Source: Lama glama
Lineage: Eukaryota
Assembly (NCBI GenBank): GCA_028534125.1
Contig: CM052818.1
Span: forward strand, 9,054,001 to 9,118,000
Length of the DNA: 64,000 nt
Direction of reading: 5' to 3'
Shown: positions 28,030 through 40,930 of the stretch, in pieces
Numbering within the stretch: the first letter of the stretch is position 1
Layout: each line of letters begins with the position of its first letter
Program-made: the position numbers and the translations under genes
The notes under the pieces: model-generated
What the model was told of the DNA's origin: nothing
What the model saw: only the letters and a program-made list of their open reading frames with translations
The model's database searches: none

Positions 28030-28345
28030 AAAAAAAGAGTTACTGATACATGCTACAGCATGGTGAGCCTTAAAAGCATGCTAAGATGACAAACACAAAA
28101 ACCCAGAAATTGTATAATCTCACTTATATGAAATTTCCAGAATAGACAAACCCATAGAGATAAAAAGCAGATTAATGGTTGACAGCAGCTGGAAGAGTCA
28201 GGAATGGAAAATGACTATTAATGGGTTTCTTTTGGTGGTGATGAAAATCTTCTAGAATTAGTGGTTATGATTGTACAACTTTGTGAATAGATAAGCCCAC
28301 TGAATTGTACACTTTAAAAAAGATGAATTTCATAGTATGGGAATT
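28030..28345 (+). mobile_element. L1MB-like 3' end
   Basis: L1 3' UTR phrases (ccactgaattgtacactttaaaa). Confidence 0.75.
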
Positions 28346-28974
28346 ATGTCTCAATTTAAAAATCAATATAATGACCTAACTGTAATTTAGGATAAAAATT
28401 AAAGGAAAGTAATTTATAATATATGCATTTCAATGTGTAAATGTTAGATTTCAGGCTTAGACAATAACAAACTGGTAGGTTTTTCACCTACATGAATGTC
28501 CCCTGCATGGCAAGATGCCTTATATCCTTGGTGTCTGTCCAGTCTGGGCCATTCTTCCCCCTCCATTATGTGACAACTGAAATACCCCTTCAAGGTAATG
28601 CCACCTTGTTGAGAATAACTGATCTAGACTACTTTAACTAATATTTATCTAGCATTTGCCTGAATTGAGGAGGTATTCTTTATAGTAGAAAAGATAGAAG
28701 ATATGTCTTTCCCTAAAAAAATTAATTTTCTAAAATGCAAATTTGGAGATGCTTTCACAGCTCCAAAAAGAGTAAACCTAGAGATAAACTATACATCATG
28801 TTAAGTATACCTGCAGGAGTTGCAGAGAATGGGTGATGTACGGGAAAAAGTAATACAAGGGTGGTGAGTGAATAGAAAGCACTATTAAGCACATGACTTC
28901 CAAATTACCCACCAAAAAGGTTACCCCCATTTATTTCCATGAAACCTTACTACCACTGACTGGTATTCCCTTTA

Positions 28975-29579
28975 TTTTAATTTTAAAAACTTTTATTGAA
29001 GTATAGTTGATTTACAATGTTAGTTTCAGGTGTACAGCAGTGATTCAGTTATATATATACAGACATATATTTTTTCTTTTCAGAATCTCTTCCATTATGT
29101 TATTACAAGATGTTGAATATAGTCCCCTGTGCTATACAGTAGATTGTTGTTGTTCATCTATTTTATATATAGTAATGTGTGTCTGTTAATCCCCATCCCC
29201 TGGTATTATTGTTTGCAGTCTTTGCCATCTGATACATGAGAAATATTATCTTATTGTTTTAATTTGTATTTATTAAATTTTAAGAGTGGATATATTTTAT
29301 AAATTGAGATTTAATTGACATATAACATTATGTTAGTTTCAGGTGTACAAGATAATGATTAGATATTTGTATACATTGCAAAATGATCACTACAATAAGT
29401 CTAGTTAGCATTCATCACCACACAGTTACAATTTTTTTCTCGTGATGAGAACTTTTAAGATTAACTCTGTTAGTAACTTTCAAATACACAATACAGTATT
29501 ATTAGCTATAGTCACCATGCTGTACACTACATCACCAGGACTTATTTATTTCAAAAATAGAATTTTGTACCTTTTCAAC
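28975..29579 (-). mobile_element. Two L1 3'-tail fragments
   Basis: ttattgaagtatagttgatttacaat and tgagatttaattgacatataacat tails. Confidence 0.8.
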
Positions 29580-29974
29580 TGTTAGAAAATAAAATCCAAC
29601 TGAGAAAGTTTTAAAGATCATATTTGCTTTATTCAAGGATTCATGAGTAGGGAAGCATCCAATCTTAGCTAGAAAAGTACTCCAAGGAACTGTACAAAAT
29701 AAAAGACTTTTATAAGCAAAGGGCAGTGAGAACAAGGAAGGTATACCTCAAAACAAAAAAGCAGGTTGGTTATTACAAGATCACCTTCTTTTAGGGGCTG
29801 TCAGGGATCTGTCAGGCAGATTACTTAACTAGTGCTAATTAGGTGATTCATGATTGACTGGTTTAAGATTCCAATTCTGGAAGAGCTGAAACTGTAATTA
29901 AGTCTCAGTTTGGTGATATGGGGCTGACTTAGCATAAGTGACTCCATGTGGGACCTGTTGTCTTGTTTTTAACA
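29580..29974 (-). mobile_element. Solo ERV1 LTR inserted in an L1 tail
   Basis: TGTTA...TAACA ends; L1 sequence resumes briefly after it. Confidence 0.7.
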
Positions 29975-30999
29975 ACCACCTTTATGGGAGGACTGTTTAA
30001 AATATATTTATTGACCGCCTGTCTTTCTTCCCATTTCCTTACCCATCTTCTATAGGGGTTTCTGTCACTTCAGCTATTTCTCAGAGCTATTTATACATTA
30101 GTAATACTAATGTTTGTCACCTACATTGCAATACTTTCCTCAGGTTTATATAGTTGAATCTATCAATCTAAATGCTGCTTGATTTATGAATCATTGAATA
30201 CAGCCAGTAAGATTTTTAAAATTTCTCAGTTGAGTTGGGTTTTTTTTAAAACACAGCCTGCCTAAGCCTACAAGTTCCAAACACCAAGGTGACCAATAAA
30301 AGAAAATCATCTCTGTGCCACCAGAGGCTGCTATTGCCAGTGTAACTGTTCCAGGTTGGTAACAGCCACATTTTTAAAATGTCTTTCAAAGAAAAGGATC
30401 AAAGTACAAAGCTTTATTAAATCTCAAAACACAACCTGTTTCCCAGATGACAAACCTGAGCACAAGCCTTTACAAGAATTGCTTAAGGAGAGGCAACAGC
30501 AAGGGAAAAACCCTGAGCCTTGGCTCAAAGGAATCTACAAGCACCTAACTAGCAGCCCTCCTGGTAAACCGGTTTCCTTTTCCTTGTGGCCAAATAGCTT
30601 CCCATTCTAAGTTCCTTTAAGCAACTAGTCGCTTCCCCTATTAAACTATTCCTTTCATGGCTCACAGGCTGTCTGGTCCCAGGCCAGCAATATATGTTTT
30701 TATAAGGCTTTCCATCTCTGAAAATGTTAAAATTTAAAAATTTTTTTAAAAAGTGAACCAAAATAAAGTGCAAATCAAAGGGCCCCAAAGTTTGCAATAA
30801 ACTCTCCCTGCTCCCTGCCTCTCCTCTGCCTTTTCCAATTCTACCTCAATCACCATTCACTCTCCACTCAACCAGCCACTCAACAGACATCAGTTGAGGG
30901 CTTTGTGCCAATCGTTGTGCTAGGCTCCAGGAGATATAGAATGAATGAGACACTCTTCTCTAAAATCTTACATTCTAGTAAGGGAAAAGAATATGTAAA

Positions 31000-31517
31000 T
31001 GAAGGGTAGCAAAATATGCCACCTCAAAAGAGCCACTTTGGCATAAGGATTATGTTGAGCTGAAGTCAACTTAGAAGAAGCAGATGTAACGACAGCTCAC
31101 CGCTCCCCTCCTATTTGCCTAAAAGCAGGACATACATTTTTTCAAAGGTGTCCTTCCTTCCCTGTCTACCAAGGACAAAAATTAATCCCAGGAGACAACT
31201 TTAGATCCTCTTCAATGGAGAAGGCACTGACTTAAATCTATGTTACAATACTTACTCTTATTTACCGTGCTTTTCCCGGTCATCTCTCTGTGACTGGGCT
31301 TCCTGACACCTTCCTGTCTTTTATCTTTGGTTGAAAATGGTATATAAACTGGAGTTCTAAGCCACTCAAAAAATGCTTTGAGTTACTCATTTTTTCCCCT
31401 GGGCATCTCACATGTATACATGAGGTATACACATTAATAAACTTCCTTTCATTTTACTCATTAATCTGTCTTTTGTTGCAGAGGTCCCAGCCAGAACAGA
31501 AGGTTAGAGGGAAAATA
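31000..31517 (+). mobile_element. Solo LTR (MER34A-like) inserted in an L2 fragment
   Basis: aatatgccacc...ctttggcataaggattat...; AATAAA at ~31436. Confidence 0.8.
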
Positions 31518-31714
31518 AAGATAAACAAATTCTTAAAATGCAATGAACTAAGGGTTGTTATTACTTAGTACCTAGAAGTAGCTATCAGAATTGATGATAA
31601 AAGAAAGAAAAATGATTAACTCAGTTTGAATAGGTCAAGGAGAGACTTAATGGTGAATAGGCAGACATGTTGCAGGTGAGATAACAATGTCCCTCTATAT
31701 AGGAGCATGAAACA

Positions 31715-32060
31715 GAGAAAGACAAATACTGTATGTTATCACTTATGTGTGGAATCTAATAAGTAGAAGAATGAATATAACAAAACAGAAAAGGACTCAC
31801 AGATAAAGAGAACAAACTAGTGTTTACCAGTGGGGAGAAGGAAGGGAGCAGGGGGAAGACAGAAGCAGAGCATTAAGAGGTACAAACCACTATGTATAAC
31901 ATAAGCTACTAGGATATATTGTACAGCACAGGAAACGAAGCCAGTATTTTACAATAACTTTAAATGAAGTATAAACTATAAGAATTTTGAATCACTATGT
32001 TGTAAACTTGAAACTAATATAATATTGTAAATCAATTATACCTCGATTTAAAAGAAAGCA
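31715..32060 (+). mobile_element. L1 3' end
   Basis: cagagaaagacaaatactgtatg...tgtaaatcaattatacctc followed by an A-rich tail. Confidence 0.85.
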
Positions 32061-33298
32061 AAGAAAAGCAGGCACCTCTCCCAAATCTCTCTTCCCACTT
32101 CCAAACAGTGGCTGCTGCATTTGTTCCCTGCGGTGAGGAACAAACTTCAAAACAGAAGAGAATTTTTGCACCTGTGTTTTGGGTACCAGACGTCAAGGTT
32201 TTTTATCCTACATAAGATAAATGATTATGATCACTGTAACAAAGGGAATTTTTAAAAATTGTTTTCCCCACAATCTCCTCCTCCTAGGAGAGAAACGTAT
32301 TGTCACTGAAATATTTAGTTTACTTTTCTTTAAACTTGATATCAGGCACCACACACCTTTTATTCTAAGCCATCAAGATTCTTTAAGAACTGCTGTTTCG
32401 TTGACCATGAATGACCATACGCACTGGTGGACTGTACACTGGGTGTTCAAGAGAGCACATGGCGCCACGATTGTTGTTGATAAACATACTTCGTCTCCAG
32501 GATTCTGACGCCAAGTGTCAACTGTGGTACTTTGTATACCTAGGATATTAATTCATAATTGTTTCTTTTTGTTGAAGGTTGATATCCTTTCCATTGATTT
32601 AAACTTAACATATTAACATTTTTACTCCACATGCCCAGTAGTCATATACTCCAAAGCACTGGACCACTAGAGGACGTAAGTGCCACTGTTTACTCAAATA
32701 CTTATATTCAGGTCTGTAAACCTGCGTGACTTTTGGAGTGCTTCCTGCAAACGATTCCGACTGTTGATTGAGTATTTACATAGACCATGGTGATATTAAA
32801 AAAATGCTTTTATACTTACAGATTATTTCATTGAATTTTAGAAAATGGATATCAATAAATGTATTTACTCCGAAAAATGAATAAAATTTCAAAATGAAGA
32901 AACACGGGTTCAACGCTGGCAGAAACAGGCTCAGCCCTACCTACTCGGGCGTAACCTGAAGGCGGACCACACCCTCGGACGGGTCCAGCTTGAGTTAACG
33001 GAAGGGACCTCATCGCCCGGGAGGTGTTGGGAGTGGGGAGACGTGGGTGTCTCGACACCCGCCTTTACAATCGCTGTTGGTCATTTCTACTTCTGGGAGT
33101 CCGTCCAGAGTGTCCGCGGCCCCCAGGGCCCCGGGTTAACAGCACCCGCCAACCTAACAATCCCCGCCAGCCCCGAACTCCCTTGTGCGGCTCCCGCACC
33201 CGGCGCGCAGCGGGCAGCCGGCTACGTCATCCCGGCGCCGCGCCGCCAATCAGGACCCCTTCCCCGCCCCCGCCTCCTTCTCCCGGCGCTGGTGCCGC

Positions 33299-33318
33299 TT
33301 TCTGGAAGCTTCGTGAAG
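33299..33318. promoter_or_regulatory. Heat shock element (4 alternating nGAAn units)
   Basis: tTTCtgGAAgcTTCgtGAAg, ~80-100 bp upstream of the CCT4 ATG. Confidence 0.8.
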
Positions 33319-33399
33319 GCGGCGGGCTCTTACCGTTCGTCCGCGGAATCCGCGTCCATCTGTCCTTCCCGAGCGCGCTCAGACCCAGCTAAGCTCGCC

Positions 33400-33526
33400 A
33401 TGCCTGAGAACGTGGCCCCCCGGAGCGGGGCGCCGGCCGGGGGTGCCGGTGGCCGCGGGAAGAGCGCTTATCAGGACCGCGATAAGCCAGCCCAGATCCG
33501 CTTCAGCAACATCTCTGCGGCCAAAG
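33400..33526 (+). CDS. CCT4: T-complex protein 1 subunit delta, exon 1 (coding part, 127 nt)
   Basis: GCCATG start; [42 protein letters not shown]; donor AAAG|GTATCG. Confidence 0.97.
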
Positions 33527-36324
33527 GTATCGCTCCCCCTGCCTCTGCCGCGTCCCTCGGGATCGAGCTGCGCACACTCACCGGGTTTTGGGGTGGGCAT
33601 GGCTCGCTTTGTGTTCCTTCAGATGAACCCCTCTGGTTCCTCCCATTGAATAAGCTCGTTGCGGGGAATCTTCTTTCTGTTGTCTGCCCAGGATTCCCGA
33701 CCCCAAGTATGGAGGCCCTTGGGCTTGCCCTGTTCTGCGGCCTAGACGCCCATAATTTTTCGTTTTGGGCTGTGCTTCCTTCATCATGCTTCAAAAAGTG
33801 GCTGAGGCCCGCATGCAGCCGCCCACTGGTAGACTATCTGCAGAATACTTTTTCGGGTTTTTTTGTCTAATGAAAGCATTTAAGTAGGTTTCCCTCGGCG
33901 CAGCTTTTGAAACGAATTTGGGTAGACTCTCCATATCTTAAATTGGGGCATGGCCCATTGTACAGAAGTGTGGGGAACCGACTTACCAGTCTTGTTTGAG
34001 AAAAATTATGAGGAGCTACATTGTGCTCGATGTTCTCTCTGCACGTTTAACGGAGCACAAGCAAAAGGAGAACAACTTGGCCCTTGGTGAAATTCAAGAA
34101 AACTGGTTTCCCTTCTGTCACATTACTTCATGGCTTTGACCTTTAAATTCTAGACAAGGTTTTCTTACCTGTAAAAGTGAGGAACAAAGGCTTAAAGAGA
34201 TTTTGCTGGTTTTGTGTATTGGGTGCAGTGAGTATTTCGTTCGGGTTAGAGAATAAGATGCATGAAAATATGAGAGGTGAAATCCTAAGGCAGAGTGGGC
34301 CAAATTTTGAAGGGCCTAGTATACTGGAAAGGGTTTGGCGTAACTCCCGCAGCTACAGATTTTCCTTTAGCATAACGAGGTAATAGCTAATTTGGAGGGT
34401 TGCTGTGAGGATTAAATAAACCATATGAAGAGCCACATATATAAAGTACAGCCTTACAAATATTTGAGCTTATCTGTCCAGGTGACTGAGGGTGTGGTGA
34501 TGATTCTAAAACAGCAGGTGCATTGGAGGAAGGACAGTGGAAAAAGAGAGAATAGGTTCTCATTTGGGTCTAAATGAGTTGGTGAGGTCAGAAGGACCTG
34601 ATGAGTAAGCTTAGGAATCGTTTGGAAGTTCAAAAGAATATTTACCTGGAAATAAAAGTTAGTGAATAGTTAACTGGGGAGCATAGTTGAAGCGTAGATT
34701 TATTCCTTTAGAAACAAGATGTTGGATAGATTCTGGGGAGGCCAAAAAAGCTATGTAATATGGTAGATTTTCAAGACACAAGGGAGATACAAGATGGTAC
34801 CTTTACTTTGGTTAACTTTGGAAATACTGGTGCACAGAGGATTGAAACTGGATGAGAGAGGACTACCTACAAGAAGGAAAGACCACCTAAATTACCTATG
34901 AGCCTCATCCTTACATCTTAAGTGAGGAGAGCTCATAGAGCACAGGGGCATAACCAGTCTGCCCAAGTCAGACAAACCCTACAAAGTGGTCTAGAAAAGC
35001 TGCTGCCAGGTACATCTTTAGTGTAATTCATGGAGCCATTTTTTCATTTTGGCTCCAAGAAGGTAACAGTGCCATTGGTTGACGTCAAAAACCACACACA
35101 AAAGAAGTAGCAGTAGTTATAGTCTATTCAGCACTAGGTAGTTAACAGATAATACTGCATGCCACACAGTATGTTAAATTTCAGACACTTTCAGAGAGAT
35201 AATCAGTCTAAAATTTTTAATTTTTTGGATAGTGTGTCTTTCTTGAATCTTCATGTAAATGAATATAAGGGCATTCTTAAAGTGAATTGGTCTGCTTGTA
35301 GAATCATGACCACTGGAGTCCACTAAGATCACCTGAAAGGGTAATGGTGTTTGGATGATTAGGAAATGCAGCCTAAAATTATGAAATACTTAGGTTCAGT
35401 ATAATTTTTAAACTACATGTTCTCAGACTCTTTAAGATTATGCATTACTGTTTACACAGTATGGGGGAGCATTATGCTAGTTGTGGAGTATACAAATATA
35501 CATAGGATGCAATCTCAGACCTGTGTATATGGGGTGTAATGGTATATGTAAAAGAGAAAGGTTTAATCATTCGCCCCGGACTTGTCAAAGTAAAGGGGAT
35601 TGAGTACTGTTTATCAATTCCAATCTCTTAGAATATAAGTAGACTAAGAAAATAGAAACATGCTCATGGACAGGTAGTAAGAACAGGTAACTTTGGAATG
35701 GTAGGCTATATATATGGAGATGGTTTTTAATATATAATTATGACTAAAAGCTATGGTTTTTGGATTTGTTTTTTTATTTCAGATTTTGAAGTTTTGTTTT
35801 TTTGTGGAGTTTTTGTTTGATTTTGTTTTGGGGTCAAAGGTGTTTGGGGTTTTTTTTAAACTGTGGGCCATCCATATATCAGCTTCACATTAGTGAACAA
35901 AAACCTTTGCCCTCAGAAATTATACTGTAGTTATACAGTGTGCTAGGAGGCCTACCCTGTCCTATTGCTGCTTGTTTTTTGTTTTAAGAAATGAAGAAAA
36001 TAGTACAGTCCTCAGTGAGCGCACATAACTAAATTGTACCATTTTGATATTTAAACGAAGAGTAAGTGAATCCTCAAAATTTATTCTGCCATATGTAGAG
36101 TACAAGTGCCATGTATAGTGATTCTAACAACAAAGGGTGAGTGTTGTACAGTTAAAAGAGTAAAATAATTATTCTGTTTCCAGTAGATAATTATTAGACA
36201 TTGAGTTTTCTTTAGTGGACAGATTGTTGTGCACCATATGCAGATAAGGACAAAATGAGTATTTGAGAATAGAAATGCTTTGCTCTTGGAAGAGTCTTGA
36301 TTTCTTTTTTCCTTTGGTTTATAG

Positions 36325-36377
36325 CTGTTGCTGATGCTATTAGAACAAGCCTTGGACCAAAAGGAATGGATAAAATG
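36325..36377 (+). CDS. CCT4: CCT4 exon 2 (53 nt)
   Basis: Acceptor tttatag; AVADAIRTSLGPKGMDKM (chaperonin motif); donor GTAAAA. Confidence 0.97.
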
Positions 36378-37322
36378 GTAAAAAGCTGAATCATTCATTA
36401 CTATTGAGTGCTACTGTCCATACTGCAAGATCTCTATAGATGATTAAGATAAGCCGTTAGGGAATTCAGAAGGAGATAGATTACTTTGGGATGAATAGGA
36501 CCTAACTATAATTCATATTTTATTTAATGCTTTTTAAACAATGAAAGTGCATACACAAAAGTAGTTAATTAGATGGAAAGCATAGGAAGGGTAGGTGTTG
36601 GGGCTTAAGTTCTGTGTTACTTATTGATGTAACTCTGTGACCTGACAAGGATATATGGGATTTCAGCCCTACTTCTGGCTTAATTGGCTGGCTGCTTAAA
36701 ACAGACGCATTTCAGTAACTTCTGAGCAATATACACTCAAATTCATTGCTAGTTAACGTTGAAAAGAAAACTATATGGAGGGTTGTCTGGATGATTATAG
36801 GTCATCATTCCCTCTGGATATTTTAAAATGTGTCCCTGCTAGTAATGCTGTTGCCCTTGGTTGATGATGCTAGAAACAAGTTACTGTGTTGACTATAAGA
36901 ATTGTGTGTCACATTCATGGTGCTGTCTTTTGGGGGATTCATGGTATTGTTTCTTATTAGTATGAATCTAGGAATGACAATAATTATAGTTTATAGTTAT
37001 TATACACTTACAATAATTTATTTTATCTTTTCTACCCCTCATTTAGTGTCTCAATTTCTTAACTTTTAAGTAGGAATAACTATTTCACTTGTAAACTTGG
37101 ACTTTTACTGCATATTCTTAAATCAATATACTATGTAAAGGAAAAGAATTTGAAATTAAGCACTGTGCAAATGTAAATTAAGTTCTCAATAAGTATTAAA
37201 ATTAATTGAGCTTTAAGAGTTTCCCGTTAATACTGGGTAAAGACAATTTTTGAAATATGAATATATTGAAACAACAATATATTTTGAATATATACTTTCT
37301 TTTAAAAAAACAAACTTTCCAG

Positions 37323-37412
37323 ATTCAAGATGGAAAAGGTGATGTGACCATTACAAATGATGGTGCCACCATTCTGAAACAAATGCAGGTGTTACATCCA
37401 GCAGCCAGAATG
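37323..37412 (+). CDS. CCT4: CCT4 exon 3 (90 nt)
   Basis: [30 protein letters not shown]; flanked by ccag and GTAAGT. Confidence 0.97.
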
Positions 37413-38328
37413 GTAAGTGTAACTTTTAGGTGAGTTTCTTTTAATTGTATTGTTTGATATTTGGTAAACAGTTTAAATTTGTTTTATTTGATCAGATGTT
37501 TAAGCATGATGAAATTGTTTTCTCTTTTTTAATGCTAAATAGGCATATTTTTAAGATGCATTGTATGCCTAGCATTATGGTCTTCATTGCAAGTTGTAAT
37601 AAAACATGAGTCATCTTGTCCTTGTCCACAGTAGTGTGCCATATAGATGAGGAAGGAAGAGATGAAAACATGAAATTGTACAAATTATTGGTTCCATGGA
37701 TGTTAGCTGGAAGAGAGCAAAATAAATCTTTAGTTTAAACTTGCACTAACATTTATTATTAGAAACAGTTGCTAATTCAGCTAAGGATCATCATGGTGAT
37801 TCCAATGTCAAGTGAGAAGTCACTACATCAAGAACAAATTGCTTAGAAAGAAATTCCTATCTGTTAAAAGTCCCTTTTAATTAGTTAAAGATGACTAAAA
37901 ATGAATAGATTATGCTCATACAGGGTCACTTTAGATAAACTTGGCCAAGGACTCCAAACTAACAATTTCCTCTCATCTGGAATGCTGCATTTCATAGCTT
38001 GGATAGGATACCTATAGTTCTTTTAAGTAGGTGGGAAGAAAAATTTTATAACTCATAGTCTAAACTAGAAATCATAATTAGCTTTTTAGAGAGAAAGTAT
38101 ATAAAAGTTTATAAGTAGAATTTTGCTTGCCACAAATATATATAGGTCATCATTTTTAAATGAAACCCAAGGTGGACAACAGATCAGAAGTTAAGAGTAT
38201 ATTGAATCTTACGATGTTGATAATAATCCAAATCTGTATATGAAATTGATGTGAAGGCCATTGATGTCATATTTGAATTAGATGTTATGGGTTCTCATTT
38301 CTCATTGAGACATGTTCTGTTCACTTAG

Positions 38329-38437
38329 CTGGTGGAGTTGTCTAAGGCTCAGGATGTAGAAGCGGGAGATGGGACCACATCTGTAGTCATTATTGCTGGC
38401 TCTCTCTTAGATTCCTGTACCAAGCTTCTTCAGAAAG
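38329..38437 (+). CDS. CCT4: CCT4 exon 4 (109 nt)
   Basis: [36 protein letters not shown], containing the GDGTT ATP-binding motif; flanked by ttag and GTAGGT. Confidence 0.97.
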
Positions 38438-39077
38438 GTAGGTAGGACATAGGACATGTCCATTACCAAATGAGGGCAAAAAGTTGTTGAGTAATATGAG
38501 ATTTAAAATTTAACTTGGAAGAGCTAACTTTTATTTAGGAATTTTTAGATTAAATTTTGCAATAATTATCATATAAATTAGAAAATTCTTTTTGCTTCTG
38601 TTTTATTTTTTTGCTAGGCTTCCTTTTGAATGGAACTTGAGAAATTTTTGCTTTTTAAAAACAAATGGTGGTAGTGTTGCTAAACTTAAGACTGTAGATG
38701 AGGACTGTGATTTGGAAGCGAAAGTATCAGTTCTTGTTTGGTAAATAGTGCTTGATTATATTAGTGACTCTCCAGTCACTTATTCTACTTATTACGTAGA
38801 TTTGTAGAGTTGTGAACAGTATGAAAGTGGTTTTAGTCTTAAATATCACATGAATGTGTAATTGATCTAGTCCAAATTAAATGGAAATAAATTATTCGAC
38901 ATATTATCAGTTAAGGGTATTGAAGCCATTACTATTTGACTGAAGCTTAGTTTATACTTAAGGATAGCTTAAAATTTATAACTGCTTTGAAATCTTAATG
39001 AATAGAAACATTTTAACTCATGTCAAATATGTAGTTTATCTGTTATGATTAAATAACTCGCCTTTCACAAATGACAG

Positions 39078-39220
39078 GGATTCATCCAACCATCATTTCT
39101 GAGTCATTCCAGAAGGCTTTGGAAAAGGGTACTGAAATCTTGACTGACATGTCTCGACCTGTGGAGCTGAGTGACAGAGAAACTTTGTTAAATAGTGCGA
39201 CTACTTCATTGAACTCAAAG
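39078..39220 (+). CDS. CCT4: CCT4 exon 5 (143 nt)
   Basis: [18 protein letters not shown]...SLNSK; flanked by acag and GTGAGG. Confidence 0.96.
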
Positions 39221-40331
39221 GTGAGGCAAGCACTAAGGGATCATTATAAAATTACAGTTTAAGGTTCATTAAGAACTGCAACTCTTATGCAGTGGTTTTT
39301 GATGCTGTACAGTTCATAAATGTTAATTTTAAGTCTCAAGAATGACTAGGTACTAAACTAGTTTGTGTAACTGAATTAGTTCAAGTAAAATTTACTTCTT
39401 TAAGGCTTTTGGATAAGTTGTAGTATCCTCATTTTACAGGTGGGAAAAGAGGTCTGGTAAAGTTAATTAACTTATCCAAGACTCACTAATAAGAGTTAGA
39501 GCTAAGATTTGAACCCAAGACAGGGCTACCATCATGGTCCATCTCTTAATATCCATGCTACTTTTCTTTTCTTATTCATCAGACTTAATGTTTGATGTTA
39601 CTTTAAATTTCTTGGGAACTCATCACCTGTTTTCTGTTATGTCATGTGTCATACCCCCAACCCCATTCCTTTTCATCAGCATTATACTGATACACATTTT
39701 CTTTGAATGTTAAGTGAAAAGCTAGATAGTATTGGTGATACTCAGTGTTATTATTGATGAATGTCCTCAGAACTAATACAGACAGAATATCATAATGGTT
39801 ACAAGCATTGTTGTAGAGCCTACACTGCTTGGGTTCATTTCTGGCTCCACTTAACTAAGATGTATGTTTTAGCTTCTTCATCTGACGATTGAATGTTTAT
39901 ATGAATGTAAAGTGCTAATGCCACTGCCTGACATACAGTAAGTGCTCAGTGTTAAATATTAGCTATTTTTATCAGTGTCTCAGTATTAGGGGTGCACATT
40001 TATAACATCTGATCACAAGTTCATTTCAGATAAGAAATCTCAACATAACATTAATTTACTTTTTTGGATTTCCTGTAGAATTATTAGTAATCTAGTCAGT
40101 CCTGACTACTTTATTAATAAAAGAGGAAAGCAAGTGTATATTTTTAATTTTGTACCCTTGGTGACTGACAGAACTGAATGGGAAAGACAGTATATATGGA
40201 ATGTTTCCTCATATGCTCTCCACACTGCCCAAAAAAAGTGAATGAGATTACTTCTCAAATATCTTTGTTATTAAAGAACTAGGACTTTTCTGTTCTGACC
40301 TTGACTTAATGTTTTATATATATAATTCTAG

Positions 40332-40453
40332 GTTGTCTCTCAATATTCAAGTCTCCTTTCTCCAATGAGTGTGAATGCAGTGATGAAAGTGATTGACCCA
40401 GCCACAGCTACTAGTGTAGATCTTAGAGATATTAAAATCGTTAAGAAACTTGG
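40332..40453 (+). CDS. CCT4: CCT4 exon 6 (122 nt)
   Basis: [41 protein letters not shown]; flanked by ctag and GTAAGC. Confidence 0.96.
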
Positions 40454-40797
40454 GTAAGCATCTCTAATGACAACTTTAATTAATAAAAATTAATTTTGAA
40501 AGTAAACATAAGCTGTTGCCAAAAATAAATATGTTGAATGAAAAGTACTTAGATGAAAATCACAGAACTTTGGGGGGTTTTGTTGTTTTGTTTTCATGGT
40601 AACTTGTATTAAGAAATTATACTACCTAATGATGGCAGGGCGGTGGTGTGATCAGAGAGTTTCAGGAATGGGGCACTAATAAATGTGAGTGAGACTGAAG
40701 CACATTTTATCAGACTGGTGATTTTTAATCTGTTAGCAGTCTACTAAACTCACAGGTTTCCACTTCCTCTTAACTATCTTCTTTTCTTTTTTCTTAG

Positions 40798-40930
40798 TGG
40801 GACAATTGATGACTGTGAGTTGGTGGAAGGTCTGGTTCTTACTCAAAAAGTGGCAAACTCTGGCATAACCAGAGTTGAAAAGGCTAAGATTGGGCTTATT
40901 CAGTTTTGCTTATCTGCTCCCAAAACAGAT
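40798..40930 (+). CDS. CCT4: CCT4 exon 7 (133 nt)
   Basis: [44 protein letters not shown]; strong polypyrimidine tract; donor GTAAGT. Confidence 0.96.

Larger units (their letters stand above)
32900..33900. promoter_or_regulatory. CpG island / CCT4 promoter with CRE-like site (33222-33229), CCAAT box (33246-33250) and GC boxes (~33262-33275)
   Basis: CpG-dense; motifs CTACGTCA, GCCAATCAG and CCCCGCCCCC read directly. Confidence 0.85.
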
